From a virus (lineage: Duplodnaviria; Caudoviricetes), in IMG/VR virus record IMGVR_UViG_3300025610_002491, positions 1-32,435 of that record: a stretch of 32,435 nt of DNA; one strand, written 5' to 3'. The position numbers and the translations under genes were made by a program. The notes under the pieces are model-generated. The model had not been told where the DNA came from and ran no database searches. It was given only the letters and a program-made list of their open reading frames with translations. Below, piece after piece: positions 15,415 through 24,949 of this stretch. The stretch's first letter is position 1; every line of letters starts with the position of its first letter.

Positions 15415-15746
15415 AGAGGTTTAAATCCTGGAAGCTCCTCTTCATTAAAGTTATCATCTTTCATATTAAGAATCTTTCTTATAGCAGATAATTCAGTATA
15501 CGCTTTGGTCTTTTCATCAACTGCAAACTTTAATCTTTCATTACAGTAATCTTTTAAATTTAAAAGAATCGCTTCTGGATCATCTTTGATATACGGATTG
15601 TTAGTCATACGAATTATTTCAGAACAAAAAGTTTCAATTGCTCTACTGCCAGAAATATAATTAACTAGATTATGAATCTGCACTGTCATTTTCTTTTTTC
15701 TATTTTTGTCGTAGTTAAATTGTATTCTTTTTAATTCTTTATCCAT
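15411..15746 (-). CDS. Hypothetical protein
   Basis: 111 aa, abuts the upstream ORF. Confidence 0.75.
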   Translation of the reverse strand: MDKELKRIQFNYDKNRKKKMTVQIHNLVNYISGSRAIETFCSEIIRMTNNPYIKDDPEAILLNLKDYCNERLKFAVDEKTKAYTELSAIRKILNMKDDNFNEEELPGFKPL

Positions 15747-15974
15747 TTAATTCTCTAACTTCCTCATGGCTAAAAATTTAGTCTTAGCTATTCTTAACAT
15801 ACGATCAAACAACGGCTCTGCTTTAAAAGTTTTAATAGTATTTCTCATTTCACCATTTACAATTAAAGTCAGAGTGTTATTTGAATGGTCTAATTCTATA
15901 GTGAAGAGTTCTTTACCCTTCACTCTAGTATCAATTCTTTTTAGATCGCTTTCCGTCATCATTACTTTCTCCAT
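15747..15974 (-). CDS. Hypothetical protein
   Basis: In operon; start probably at MMTESD. Confidence 0.7.
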   Translation of the reverse strand: MEKVMMTESDLKRIDTRVKGKELFTIELDHSNNTLTLIVNGEMRNTIKTFKAEPLFDRMLRIAKTKFLAMRKLEN

Positions 15975-16158
15975 TTAAAAGTTGTTTACGAAAATTTTCT
16001 ACACTAATTTTATTTTTCTTAGCTAAGTGTTCTACGTAACCTTGAAGCATTTTAGATATCATTGCGCCAGGTGCTCTGAATTTATTTTTACAAAGACCCT
16101 TTAACAATTTGTAATCTTTAATGTTAATGGCTACAGATTTCCATTTATTTATGTCCAT
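15931..16158 (-). CDS. Small DNA-binding protein (ribbon-helix-helix-like)
   Basis: WKSVAINIKDYKLLKGLC...AMISKML strand-helix-helix pattern; SD GGAGG. Confidence 0.6.
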   Translation of the reverse strand: MDINKWKSVAINIKDYKLLKGLCKNKFRAPGAMISKMLQGYVEHLAKKNKISVENFRKQLLNGESNDDGKRSKKN

Positions 16159-16477
16159 TATCTTTTACCTCCATGTCTTTAGTTAATACTAAAGGCTTTT
16201 GAATTGGATCATTTTTATAATGATTCACTCTCCAGTCTTCTATTTCTTTTTCACTTAAAGTTTTAACCATCTTAATCGCATCCTCAATAATCATCATTTG
16301 AGTATTTGCTTGGTTAAGTTTAGTTAGAAGTCTAAAATTTTCTAATCTAAGCTCTTTTACTTCTGTACCTAATGCAGTGATGCCTTCATCAAGTTGTTGC
16401 ATTATGTCTTTTGGTTTTGCATTATCCATGCATGTCCTCCTTGGTTGGTTCGTTTTTTCTTGTTTCAATTTCGTCAA
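16145..16477 (-). CDS. Hypothetical coiled-coil protein
   Basis: In operon; likely start MDNAKP after GGAGG. Confidence 0.7.
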   Translation of the reverse strand: MTKLKQEKTNQPRRTCMDNAKPKDIMQQLDEGITALGTEVKELRLENFRLLTKLNQANTQMMIIEDAIKMVKTLSEKEIEDWRVNHYKNDPIQKPLVLTKDMEVKDNGHK

Positions 16478-16694
16478 ATACTAAAATGGTCGCTAACGTT
16501 TTATTTACTGGATAATGTTTTCTATTAATCTCATCCGTAAAATTAATATTAGCAACACCATCTATGTACATATCTAAATGCATCGAATCTTCAATTGGCG
16601 TTCCATCTGCTTCATACAGTGGGATGCTTGCTAATTGTTGATCGATATCAGACATGATAGACTTGAGTATTGGACTTTTACTTTTTTGTTTCAT
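16422..16694 (-). CDS. Hypothetical protein, first gene of the operon
   Basis: 90 aa, directly downstream of promoter 16702-16730. Confidence 0.75.
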   Translation of the reverse strand: MKQKSKSPILKSIMSDIDQQLASIPLYEADGTPIEDSMHLDMYIDGVANINFTDEINRKHYPVNKTLATILVFDEIETRKNEPTKEDMHG

Positions 16695-16697
16695 GTC

Positions 16698-16730
16698 ATC
16701 TTAAATATATGGGATAAGAATTAATGTCAA
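16698..16730 (-). promoter_or_regulatory. Sigma70 promoter with inverted copy of the operator box
   Basis: TTGACA-N17-TATTTA; ATCTTAaatataTGGGAT at 16698-16715, between divergent genes. Confidence 0.75.
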
Positions 16731-16737
16731 ATTAATT

Positions 16738-16950
16738 ATGAAATTTATTTTAATATATACAGTCTGCGCTTTCATTGATGGTAGTTGTTTACCTGATACT
16801 CAATACCCTAAAACCTTTGATACCTGGAGAGAGTGTATAACTACAGGATTAGATACTACAAAAAAAGTTATTGAATTTTTCCCACCAGAAGATATAGAGA
16901 AGTATCATCTTGGCCCACGATTTGTGTGCCAAGGTATTAATACTGTTTAG
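16738..16950 (+). CDS. Small Cys-rich exported protein
   Basis: Hydrophobic N-terminus MKFILIYTVC; four Cys. Confidence 0.7.
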   Translation: MKFILIYTVCAFIDGSCLPDTQYPKTFDTWRECITTGLDTTKKVIEFFPPEDIEKYHLGPRFVCQGINTV

Positions 16951-16951
16951 A

Positions 16952-17212
16952 ATGATTCTAAAGTTTATACTATTAGGTAGTGTATGTTTAAATACACCAG
17001 ATATGGGTATCAAGTGCACCCAATATATAGTAAATGACCTCGTAGATGGCCCAGGATGTCGTTCTAAAGCAAAACATATAGGAATGACCATGAAACGACA
17101 AATAGAAGAAATTGGGGGCTCTATGGCCGATTATAACGTACATTGTATAGCTATTGACAGCCAAGGCTACAATGTTGACCATTCTTTCAAAATATCTTAT
17201 AATATCTCATGA
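16952..17212 (+). CDS. Small Cys-rich exported protein (paralogue-like of the previous gene)
   Basis: Start moved to 16952 (MILKFILLGSVC); four Cys with similar spacing. Confidence 0.7.
   Translation: MILKFILLGSVCLNTPDMGIKCTQYIVNDLVDGPGCRSKAKHIGMTMKRQIEEIGGSMADYNVHCIAIDSQGYNVDHSFKISYNIS
17175..17203 (+). promoter_or_regulatory. Near-consensus sigma70 promoter giving a leaderless transcript
   Basis: TTGACC-N17-TATAAT ends 5 nt before the ATG at 17209. Confidence 0.7.
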
Positions 17213-17394
17213 CAGCTTATCGTATCCGTGCTTACATGGGAGGAAGCAGTATAGACCAAGTAGTCGAAGCTGATAATGCAAAGCAAGCGATATTAAAGGT
17301 GTCAGAACAAGTGGACCAAGGTAACGTTGAAATTATCAATGATGGTTTCACCGGGAACAAAAGGGTTCACATAACTTATGAGGAACTAAAATGA
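17209..17394 (+). CDS. Hypothetical protein (61 aa)
   Basis: ATGA overlaps at both ends. Confidence 0.7.
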   Translation: MTAYRIRAYMGGSSIDQVVEADNAKQAILKVSEQVDQGNVEIINDGFTGNKRVHITYEELK

Positions 17395-17573
17395 GTCCTA
17401 AAAAAATTGAGCTGCTTAAAGAATTACAAGCACTCGAAAACAAATGGTCATCTGAGTTAATGACACATGGTGGTGTTCATACAGGGATGACTCAAATAGA
17501 ATCTGATATTAGATCTAAAAGAAATGCGATCAAGTATCAGGATGTACAAGAAAACTTACAAGCACAAGCTTAA
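17391..17573 (+). CDS. Hypothetical protein (60 aa)
   Basis: SD GAGGA, ATGA overlap. Confidence 0.7.
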   Translation: MSPKKIELLKELQALENKWSSELMTHGGVHTGMTQIESDIRSKRNAIKYQDVQENLQAQA

Positions 17574-17595
17574 GTTTTTATTGTAGTTAAAAAGT

Positions 17596-18000
17596 TTATC
17601 TTTTTCCTAGGGGTTCTGTCGGCTTTCCAAATTCGTAATGATTTATAATCTTTAATAATTTTTCTCTTTTAGTAACTGAATAAGGTATAAATAACTTTGC
17701 AAGTTTTAATGCATTTTGATGAGAGCACCTCCATCTCCACTGAGGTATCTTAGCTAAACTACCTTTGCCAATACCTTTGTAATGAATACTACCAACCTTA
17801 ACAATATCATAAAAATTTTTAATACAATCTAAATCAGACATAGCTACTTCCATAGCCACATTCCATTTTAAATAAATTTTACCGTTTGGTTTATTACATT
17901 TGTATTGTGCATAATTAATATTACCTTCACCATCAAATAATCCTGCTGCATAAGCAATCATATCCTGGTTTCCGTGAGCCGTGTTTCTTTTATTTAGCAT
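17596..18000 (-). CDS. Free-standing single-motif LAGLIDADG endonuclease
   Basis: IAYAAGLFDGEGNI motif, VAMSDLDCI, QWRWR...PYSVTKR; start set at MLNKRN. Confidence 0.85.
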   Translation of the reverse strand: MLNKRNTAHGNQDMIAYAAGLFDGEGNINYAQYKCNKPNGKIYLKWNVAMEVAMSDLDCIKNFYDIVKVGSIHYKGIGKGSLAKIPQWRWRCSHQNALKLAKLFIPYSVTKREKLLKIINHYEFGKPTEPLGKR

Positions 18001-19855
18001 CACCCCAACTCTTTCCAAGTCCATACTCAACAACAGAAGGTACTTCAAACTTAATAGTATTTTCCATAATCTCTTTTATCTCTTTAGCATGAGCTTCATC
18101 TTTTACATTAAAACACAATTCATCATGGATCTGTAACATAGGTAAGTGACCTGCATTTACACAATCTAACATAGCTTGTTTAGTTTGATCAGCTGAGGAT
18201 CCTTGAATTAATCTATTCAATGCTTTATAGGTATAGGCTCTTTTAATATTATTAGCACCATACTTTGCAACAGCATTCTCATATTTCTCTGCAACATGTA
18301 GGCCAAAGTCTTTTGTTTCCCACATATCAAATCTACATTTTCTACCCTTCTTAGTTCTAATCACACCCTCATTAGCAGCTTTAAGCATACATCTATCAGA
18401 TAGTTGTTTTACAAAAGGTACCTTCCTATTATATTTTACAATCAATTCATCGGCCTCTTCTTTACTTACTCCTAAAGAATTAGCTAACTTATTCTTACCC
18501 ATTCCATACATAAGGCCTAGTCCAATTGTTTTAGCTTGATTTCTCTCAATACCTACCAGGTCTGCTACTGTTTGGTGAAAGTCTGCGCTAGAATTTTTAT
18601 AAGCTTCCATCAATTCTTCGGAGCCTTCATAGTTTAAAGATGATGCATAATGGACTGTCATCCGTGGTTCTTGTTGCGAGTAATCAAAGCTACCCCATTG
18701 GTAGCCTTCCTCTGGTATAAATAATCCTCTTATCTTGGGGCCAAACTCTTTATTTCTAGCAGGTATTTGCTGTAAGTTAGGATTAGACATACTGAGTCTG
18801 CCTGATACCGTACCTCCAGTATCTGATCTAAGTTGTTGGATCTCACCATGAATACGGCCGTTGACCTGGTACTTCATGATCGAAGATAAAAAAGTTCCAT
18901 GAAATTTATTGATCTCTCTTGCACTCACAATTAATTGTGCTATTTTGTTTTTATTATTAATCAACCAATTTTGTGTAAACGATGGTTCCTTTGTTTTTTC
19001 GGTTCGTGGGTAGTCTAACTTCAGTTTGTCAAAAGCTTTGGCAATCTGGCGGGGTGCCCAGATATCTATTTCTACTCCTGTTTCTTTCTGTATATCCCGT
19101 AATATTTCTTTTTCTTGGTGCATCATTTCTTTTCGTAATGCTTCAGCTTTTTCCACTTGGACTCTCACTCCTCGTTGACGCATCTTTATTAGGATTGGAA
19201 GCAATTGCATCTCCATTTCCCATACAGTAGTTAGACTCTGAGTTTTAATTTCTTGTTCAAATCTTTTCCATAATTTTAAAGTTAGTTCTGCATCTTGCTC
19301 TGCGTAATATCCGACATGTTCTGCAGGTAACTTCCACATCTCTGCTTTAGGATCTATACCATGAGCTGCTGCAGCTTCTCTTAATTCTGTCTCTGCTTTT
19401 ATCTCTCCAAGGTAATCAACGGATAATGAATTCAATGCATATGAAAATCTATTCTCATCTATAAGTGCAGCTGCTATCATTGTATCTATGATCTCACCTT
19501 TAACTTCTATCCCAGATGCTTGTAACCAACCGACATCGTATTGAGCATTATGAAATATTTTTTTACATGGAAGTGCACATACATCTTTCATATATTGTTT
19601 AACCTGTTGAGGTATCATATTACCTCCACCTAAATGATTAAATGGAAAGTAACCTTTCCAACCATCTACTGCTACTGCAAACCCTACAATTTCACCTTTA
19701 CCTAAAGCCCAGCCAGCTCCAAGTTTATTATTAATACCATCATCTCTTGTCTCTAAGTCGATAGCTATTTCTTTTGCGTTAGATAAATCTTTATACTCAC
19801 TCGGAGTATTCCATAATGATTTTTTAAATGTTAGTGTTAGTTGTAGTCCGTTCAT
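17990..19855 (-). CDS. polA: DNA polymerase family A with 3'-5' exonuclease (Leu762 type)
   Basis: ExoI DLET, ExoII HNAQYD, ExoIII YAEQD; GRLSMSNPNLQQIP; motif A DYSQQEPR; motif B RNQAKTIGLGLMYG; motif C QIHDEL. Confidence 0.97.
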   Translation of the reverse strand: MNGLQLTLTFKKSLWNTPSEYKDLSNAKEIAIDLETRDDGINNKLGAGWALGKGEIVGFAVAVDGWKGYFPFNHLGGGNMIPQQVKQYMKDVCALPCKKIFHNAQYDVGWLQASGIEVKGEIIDTMIAAALIDENRFSYALNSLSVDYLGEIKAETELREAAAAHGIDPKAEMWKLPAEHVGYYAEQDAELTLKLWKRFEQEIKTQSLTTVWEMEMQLLPILIKMRQRGVRVQVEKAEALRKEMMHQEKEILRDIQKETGVEIDIWAPRQIAKAFDKLKLDYPRTEKTKEPSFTQNWLINNKNKIAQLIVSAREINKFHGTFLSSIMKYQVNGRIHGEIQQLRSDTGGTVSGRLSMSNPNLQQIPARNKEFGPKIRGLFIPEEGYQWGSFDYSQQEPRMTVHYASSLNYEGSEELMEAYKNSSADFHQTVADLVGIERNQAKTIGLGLMYGMGKNKLANSLGVSKEEADELIVKYNRKVPFVKQLSDRCMLKAANEGVIRTKKGRKCRFDMWETKDFGLHVAEKYENAVAKYGANNIKRAYTYKALNRLIQGSSADQTKQAMLDCVNAGHLPMLQIHDELCFNVKDEAHAKEIKEIMENTIKFEVPSVVEYGLGKSWGDAK

Positions 19856-19967
19856 ATGTTTCTTCTTTCGTTGGTATGTTTTTTAATTTTATATAACAAT
19901 CTGCACAATAATATTTTTTATCCTCAATAATATCTGCTTTCTTATTGCAGTCCTTGCACTTTATCAT
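19824..19967 (-). CDS. Small zinc-finger protein (47 aa)
   Basis: Manual translation MIKCKDCNKKADIIEDKKYYCADCYIKLKNIPTKEETYERTTTNTNI; two CxxC pairs; fills the operon gap. Confidence 0.7.
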   Translation of the reverse strand: MIKCKDCNKKADIIEDKKYYCADCYIKLKNIPTKEETYERTTTNTNI

Positions 19968-20166
19968 TAATAAATTTTTGTTCGATTAACTTATTTAACT
20001 TATCTTTATTACTAAATGCAAATAATGCTGCATGATAATCTTCTGGAAATATTTCCCAGTAAGGACCCTCAGTACCAGAACATCCTTCTCTTGCAGGATA
20101 TATCTCAAGAGTAAATCCTACTCCATCAACCTTTATTTGTTTTTTTATTGTTCTTGAACTTGGCAT
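19942..20166 (-). CDS. Hypothetical protein
   Basis: 74 aa, overlaps both neighbours in the replication operon. Confidence 0.7.
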   Translation of the reverse strand: MPSSRTIKKQIKVDGVGFTLEIYPAREGCSGTEGPYWEIFPEDYHAALFAFSNKDKLNKLIEQKFINDKVQGLQ

Positions 20167-20401
20167 CAGTATCCTTTAGTTTTTTAATTTCTAAATCACA
20201 ATAATGTTTTATTTTTTCTAAATCTTCAATTCCATTTTTACCTAAATATCTACAAACATATTTTACAACGTTGCCCTGGAAGAATGAGAGATTGTTTTTT
20301 GAAATAAATTCATAAGGTTGAATGTGAAAATCTTTGTAGTGATTCCCGCCAATCTGTTTTGATTGTGGAAATGCTTCTTCTAATAAACCACTATTTGTCA
20401 T
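20126..20401 (-). CDS. DUF3310 / T7 gp1.7-like nucleotide kinase domain protein
   Basis: QIGGNHY...IQPYEFI...GNVVKYVCRY..KNGIEDLEK; start moved to 20401 after SD AGGAG. Confidence 0.85.
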   Translation of the reverse strand: MTNSGLLEEAFPQSKQIGGNHYKDFHIQPYEFISKNNLSFFQGNVVKYVCRYLGKNGIEDLEKIKHYCDLEIKKLKDTDAKFKNNKKTNKG

Positions 20402-22034
20402 TTTTCTCCTGTACATAAATTAAATAATCTGATCCAATTGGATAGTTATACTTATAGTCAGTTCGCAATAAATGTAAAGTTTTTCTTGCTCTAGTTGCAC
20501 CAGTGTACCAAACTTTACGTTCATCACTTTTTTCTTGTTTGTTTTTATTATCGTAGTCCGATGGATAGTTACCTTTACTATAAAGCACTACATGATTTGC
20601 TTCTCCACCTTTAACACTGTGTATTGTATCTATAGTAATTAGTGGATCTTTATCTAATTCTTTTTGTCCATAAGTTCTAAGTAATCTAATAAATTGTCTT
20701 ACCTGTCTTGGTTTAAAATTTCTTCTAAGTATCCAGTACCAAGGTTTTTTTGAGTCCTCTTCTTTTAATTCTAAACCACACCACTCTTTTAAATCTTGAA
20801 AGTTATATTCTCTTAAGTCTGGTTCATTTCTCCAAAACCTATCTAATCTATATTCGGGATCTGAAAGTTCTCTAATAAACTTATACATATTCCTTGCTTG
20901 TTTCTTGTCTATCTTTTTATCTTTAGTAATAGCAGTCCAGGCTTTAATTGCTTCCCATTGTTTTACATCAAAACATTTTGTATCTTTATTATCTTTAAAA
21001 TATAAACCTGCATCTTTAGCTAACATTCTAAGTTCGTTAACTGTTTCATTTATCCTGCCTAAGATATACCAATCTTCTTTTAATTTATTAAAAGGTATTT
21101 CTTTAAATGATAAGTAACTTTTTACATAACCTTTACTATCTCCAGGTAAGTATTCTTTCTCTTCACTATCTTTAATACCTCTTCTAATAACTTGTGAAAA
21201 TTTATAAATAGCCTCTCCAAATCTTTGAGTCTTTCTTAGTTTTACTTTTCGGCCTGGAAAAAACTTTGTAAAATACTTTGGATCTGCACCATTCCATTTA
21301 TATATACCTTGGTCATCATCACCTGCTAAATATATTTTTTTAGCTTTCATAGCCATCTTATAAATAACTGACCATTGAAGTGGTGTACAATCTTGTGCCT
21401 CATCTAATATTAAAACTTTAAGCGATGGAAAGTCTACTTCTTTAATTGTTCTCTCAATCATATCATCGAAGTCGATGAATGATCTTTCTCCCCCACCTTG
21501 TTTGTAATGTTCATATGTTGATATCTTTCTATGAAAAACAGTTAATGAATCTTTTTTATAAGACTCTCTTTTGTATGCTTCCTCTGGAGTAATTAATAAA
21601 TTTCTTGCTTTACTGTAAATACCTAACGACCAATCTTTAAATGTAAATGCATCATCAGCTAATCTAGTATCAGAGGTTTTTATTATTTTAGTTTGTAATG
21701 CAAAATCAATAGCACAATGTTTAGGATCAAATACCTCTTCTTGAAAGTATCTTCTACAATATGTGTGTAGAGTTTTGAATCTTAAAAAATCTTCTGATGT
21801 ATAATTAGGAAAAGAATCCATAGCTCTTCTTACTGCAGTGTTCACTGCTTTGTTTGTAAAAGATAAGTAAGCTATATCAGATGGTTGTACTCCTCTTCTT
21901 AAATGACTTTTTAAAACTCTTTCAATTAAAGTATATGTCTTACCTGTACCTGGTGGACCAAATATCTTTATGGTCTTCCTGTATAAGTCTTTAAGTATTT
22001 TAAGTTCTAAATTTTCCTGTGTGGAAGTCATCAT
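20391..22034 (-). CDS. UvrD/Rep-like superfamily 1 helicase
   Basis: GPPGTGKT, SFTNKA, LDEAQD, AGDDDQGIY, TIHSVKGGEA, YTGATRAR; exact start uncertain. Confidence 0.93.
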   Translation of the reverse strand: MMTSTQENLELKILKDLYRKTIKIFGPPGTGKTYTLIERVLKSHLRRGVQPSDIAYLSFTNKAVNTAVRRAMDSFPNYTSEDFLRFKTLHTYCRRYFQEEVFDPKHCAIDFALQTKIIKTSDTRLADDAFTFKDWSLGIYSKARNLLITPEEAYKRESYKKDSLTVFHRKISTYEHYKQGGGERSFIDFDDMIERTIKEVDFPSLKVLILDEAQDCTPLQWSVIYKMAMKAKKIYLAGDDDQGIYKWNGADPKYFTKFFPGRKVKLRKTQRFGEAIYKFSQVIRRGIKDSEEKEYLPGDSKGYVKSYLSFKEIPFNKLKEDWYILGRINETVNELRMLAKDAGLYFKDNKDTKCFDVKQWEAIKAWTAITKDKKIDKKQARNMYKFIRELSDPEYRLDRFWRNEPDLREYNFQDLKEWCGLELKEEDSKKPWYWILRRNFKPRQVRQFIRLLRTYGQKELDKDPLITIDTIHSVKGGEANHVVLYSKGNYPSDYDNKNKQEKSDERKVWYTGATRARKTLHLLRTDYKYNYPIGSDYLIYVQEKNDK

Positions 22035-23559
22035 CCATTTCCGATACTGTTTTATCATTACCTTTAGCAGCGTTACTTATGTTTTTGTAATCCACAAACT
22101 TAGGCATCTTTACAAACCAAACATTTTTAACACCTTGATGATAATCTAATCGTTCACATCCCAACATATTTAAAGCTTCAGCTGAACTTCTAAATACTTT
22201 ATTCTTTCCTAAGAAATCTTCAAAGGTAATCTTTTTAAAATAACAAATGTTAGTTTCAGAGTCTAGAACAACATACTTATCTTTTAATTTATCAAAGTCA
22301 TCTTCCTCAATATGACTCTCAAAGAATTTTTTAAGAAAAGTATATTTTTGTTCTTCAACTGAATCTTCAAACTTCATCTTATCGTTCTCAACTGCTTTCT
22401 TAACTAGTGCAGCCATAAGCATTTCAAATGGAGAAGGACCACTTCTTGGTCTAGGTAATGTAACCCAATATATTCCATACTTAAGTAATTTAACTCTAAA
22501 AGATTTTTCATCCTTCATGTCTTCTGGATTGATTACTATTTTCTCTCCTTGAAATGTAAATGCATATTCAATTGATGTTGGACTTCTAGTAAATTCTATA
22601 TCTTCAAAGTCATCTATTAAATCTGGTACTTGTGATCCGATACCTAACTTTCTAAACTTACATAAATCTTTATTACATATAGGTGTGATAGCCCCAAGTT
22701 TTGGTGGACACTTGTAACTATAGTCTTTTTTAATAACAGATTTTGCAACAGAACTTTCCACTTCTTTTGGATCCATAGGTGTAACAAATATCTCCTGGTT
22801 TCTTTTTTGAAGTATTCGTGACATCTCTTCTTTACTAATATTGCCGTCTGCTTTTTTCATTTCAAGCACACCAACATTGTAGAGTAAATCATTTCTGTGA
22901 TTACCAGACCACTTATCCATAATCATTTTTTGAATACATGGCGGATAATGTTTCCAATCCTCTTCTGGTTCGTATTCTTTTACTTTTAAACTATTTAATT
23001 GTTCTAAAGATATTGTTTTCTTTTTAGCTAATTCTAAAAAAGTTCCTATCATAACTGGTGTATTATTTTCATCATAAGCAAACTCTGTAGTAGCATTCAT
23101 ATTGAAGTAAGGCATATTCATACACTTATTCATAGGAAACACTTCTAATGCTTGAAAGAAATTTTTATTCCACTCATTTAATTTTTTAAGAACATCTTTA
23201 ACTGAATACCATCCATCTAAAAATAAAAATAAATGTAGGCCACCAGACTTTGATCTAACTGGTACTAATGGTAATTGATTGTCTCTAACAATATCTATAA
23301 CTTTCTTTTGTGAATAATCTTTATAACTCTGAGGATCTATATCTATACATCCCCATTTACATAGGTCGCCTTTCTCAGGCATAATCCCTATTCTTTGTTT
23401 ACCGTTTATATGATCTGTCCATAATTCAAGAGTAACAGGTTCGTGTTTCGTGAATGTATCACTAACCTTCTTGCCCCGTTCATCTACTTCCCCCGTAAGA
23501 GAAGTAGTGATGAACAGTTCAGAATTACCCTCAAATATTTTTAAGAGCTCCCTTTCCAT
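22000..23559 (-). CDS. AEP-superfamily primase with PriCT-like domain
   Basis: WGCIDID, RSKSGGLHLFLF, EVFP, PPCI...GNHRNDLLYN; Cys cluster; no Walker A seen. Confidence 0.85.
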   Translation of the reverse strand: MERELLKIFEGNSELFITTSLTGEVDERGKKVSDTFTKHEPVTLELWTDHINGKQRIGIMPEKGDLCKWGCIDIDPQSYKDYSQKKVIDIVRDNQLPLVPVRSKSGGLHLFLFLDGWYSVKDVLKKLNEWNKNFFQALEVFPMNKCMNMPYFNMNATTEFAYDENNTPVMIGTFLELAKKKTISLEQLNSLKVKEYEPEEDWKHYPPCIQKMIMDKWSGNHRNDLLYNVGVLEMKKADGNISKEEMSRILQKRNQEIFVTPMDPKEVESSVAKSVIKKDYSYKCPPKLGAITPICNKDLCKFRKLGIGSQVPDLIDDFEDIEFTRSPTSIEYAFTFQGEKIVINPEDMKDEKSFRVKLLKYGIYWVTLPRPRSGPSPFEMLMAALVKKAVENDKMKFEDSVEEQKYTFLKKFFESHIEEDDFDKLKDKYVVLDSETNICYFKKITFEDFLGKNKVFRSSAEALNMLGCERLDYHQGVKNVWFVKMPKFVDYKNISNAAKGNDKTVSEMDDDFHTGKFRT

Positions 23560-23562
23560 AAA

Positions 23563-24378
23563 TTAAAATGGAACAGATTCTTTTGATACAGTGTTATTTC
23601 CTGAAGCTTGATTCTCATTTGAGAAATCAACCTTACCAAAAATATCACTCTTCATGGCGCTTTGATAAAAGGCTTGTGTTGCCTCTAATGTTTTCAAATG
23701 CTCTTCTGCATTTAAGAACTTATCAAATTCAATTACCCAACCATACCAAGAATTTTTAGAATTAGATTCTTTGGTTGTAGATAACTTATAAGTAGTTGCC
23801 CATGATGGTGGATTGAAGAAACCTTTTTTACCTTGGGCCCTTCTACTCATAATCATAGAATTCCAAGTCTTAGATTTCTTTTTCTGTGTAGACTTTAATG
23901 GAATCATTGCTTGTTCAATTGGATTATAATCTTTATCCAAAATATAAACAAAGTGATTTCCAGTATCCTCTACATAGTTACCATTTGGCAATCTATCTTT
24001 ACCGTCAGCTTCTCTTGAAGTCTGAGCCATGATAGACGGATCAGTGTGAATGTTTACAGGTCTTCCTAAACCTTCACCTTTATCCTTCCATTCATTAAAT
24101 GTGTTTATGTAAAGACATGGTACTACAATTAGACCTTCTCTACCTTTCCACACAGTACCAGATGTTTCACTCCATATGTCTCCTTGCTTTGCAGTTTCAA
24201 CATACTTTCCATCAGTCTCATCTAAGACTGGTGAGTTAGCATATAGTATTTTTAACATTGGAAGTTTTTGGTCCCGAGCTGTTACAAACTCCTGACCTTG
24301 TCCTGCCATATCTTCCAAATTAAAATTAGTTGGCAGGTTGTCTTTTTTAGTCGTGATCGCTTTTTCTTTTATTATCAT
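23563..24378 (-). CDS. Putative single-stranded DNA-binding protein
   Basis: Located in the replication module; aromatic beta-rich core (SWYGWVI); flexible tail ending VPF. Confidence 0.6.
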   Translation of the reverse strand: MIIKEKAITTKKDNLPTNFNLEDMAGQGQEFVTARDQKLPMLKILYANSPVLDETDGKYVETAKQGDIWSETSGTVWKGREGLIVVPCLYINTFNEWKDKGEGLGRPVNIHTDPSIMAQTSREADGKDRLPNGNYVEDTGNHFVYILDKDYNPIEQAMIPLKSTQKKKSKTWNSMIMSRRAQGKKGFFNPPSWATTYKLSTTKESNSKNSWYGWVIEFDKFLNAEEHLKTLEATQAFYQSAMKSDIFGKVDFSNENQASGNNTVSKESVPF

Positions 24379-24929
24379 GATCGTTGTTCCTTGGTTGTTA
24401 TTTTAGTTTTATTAGCAACATAAGTACCAAACAATTCAGCAGGTACATCCTTACCTAGATCTTGAATTTGTTCTCTAACAAATCCTCTAAGTGAACTAGG
24501 GTGTACAGTTTGTTTTTGCTGAACTGGTAGTCCTTTTTGCTTCAGCTCTTCTACAATTGATTTAGCTTCATTGTCTTGCTTCATACCAAACTCCATAGTC
24601 ACTTGGTTTTTAATCAAGTCACCATGACCGTTTTCTCGAAGCCAACTAAAAGCCTCTTCAGTTTTAGACGCAGGTATTCTAGCTGAATAGAACGGCTTAA
24701 CTTCAACAGACGACCCGTCTGTTAATTTAAGCAATGATACACCTGCTTGTTGCATTAAGTTTGGAATTGTTTGCTCAGAAAGAGTAGTCTCAGTTTCCTT
24801 CAACTTCTTTAGTTGTTCTTCAACCGTATTTATCTGTTTCTGAGTTTCCAATAACTTATTGCAAGAATCGGCAATGTCCGAAGACATGCCAGTATCAACC
24901 GACACGGTTGATTCTGCTTCTAAGTCCAT
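24375..24929 (-). CDS. Conserved phage replication-module protein
   Basis: Start moved to 24929 after SD AAGGAGG; IPNLM, AFSWLRENGHGDLIK, VHPSSLRGFVRE. Confidence 0.8.
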   Translation of the reverse strand: MDLEAESTVSVDTGMSSDIADSCNKLLETQKQINTVEEQLKKLKETETTLSEQTIPNLMQQAGVSLLKLTDGSSVEVKPFYSARIPASKTEEAFSWLRENGHGDLIKNQVTMEFGMKQDNEAKSIVEELKQKGLPVQQKQTVHPSSLRGFVREQIQDLGKDVPAELFGTYVANKTKITTKEQRS

Positions 24930-24949
24930 AAGAACCTCCTTGGCGCAAA

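Noticed and set aside
17596-19855. Group I intron or intein in polA
   Set aside because: All polymerase motifs are contiguous in one 621-aa frame, and the endonuclease lies after motif C.
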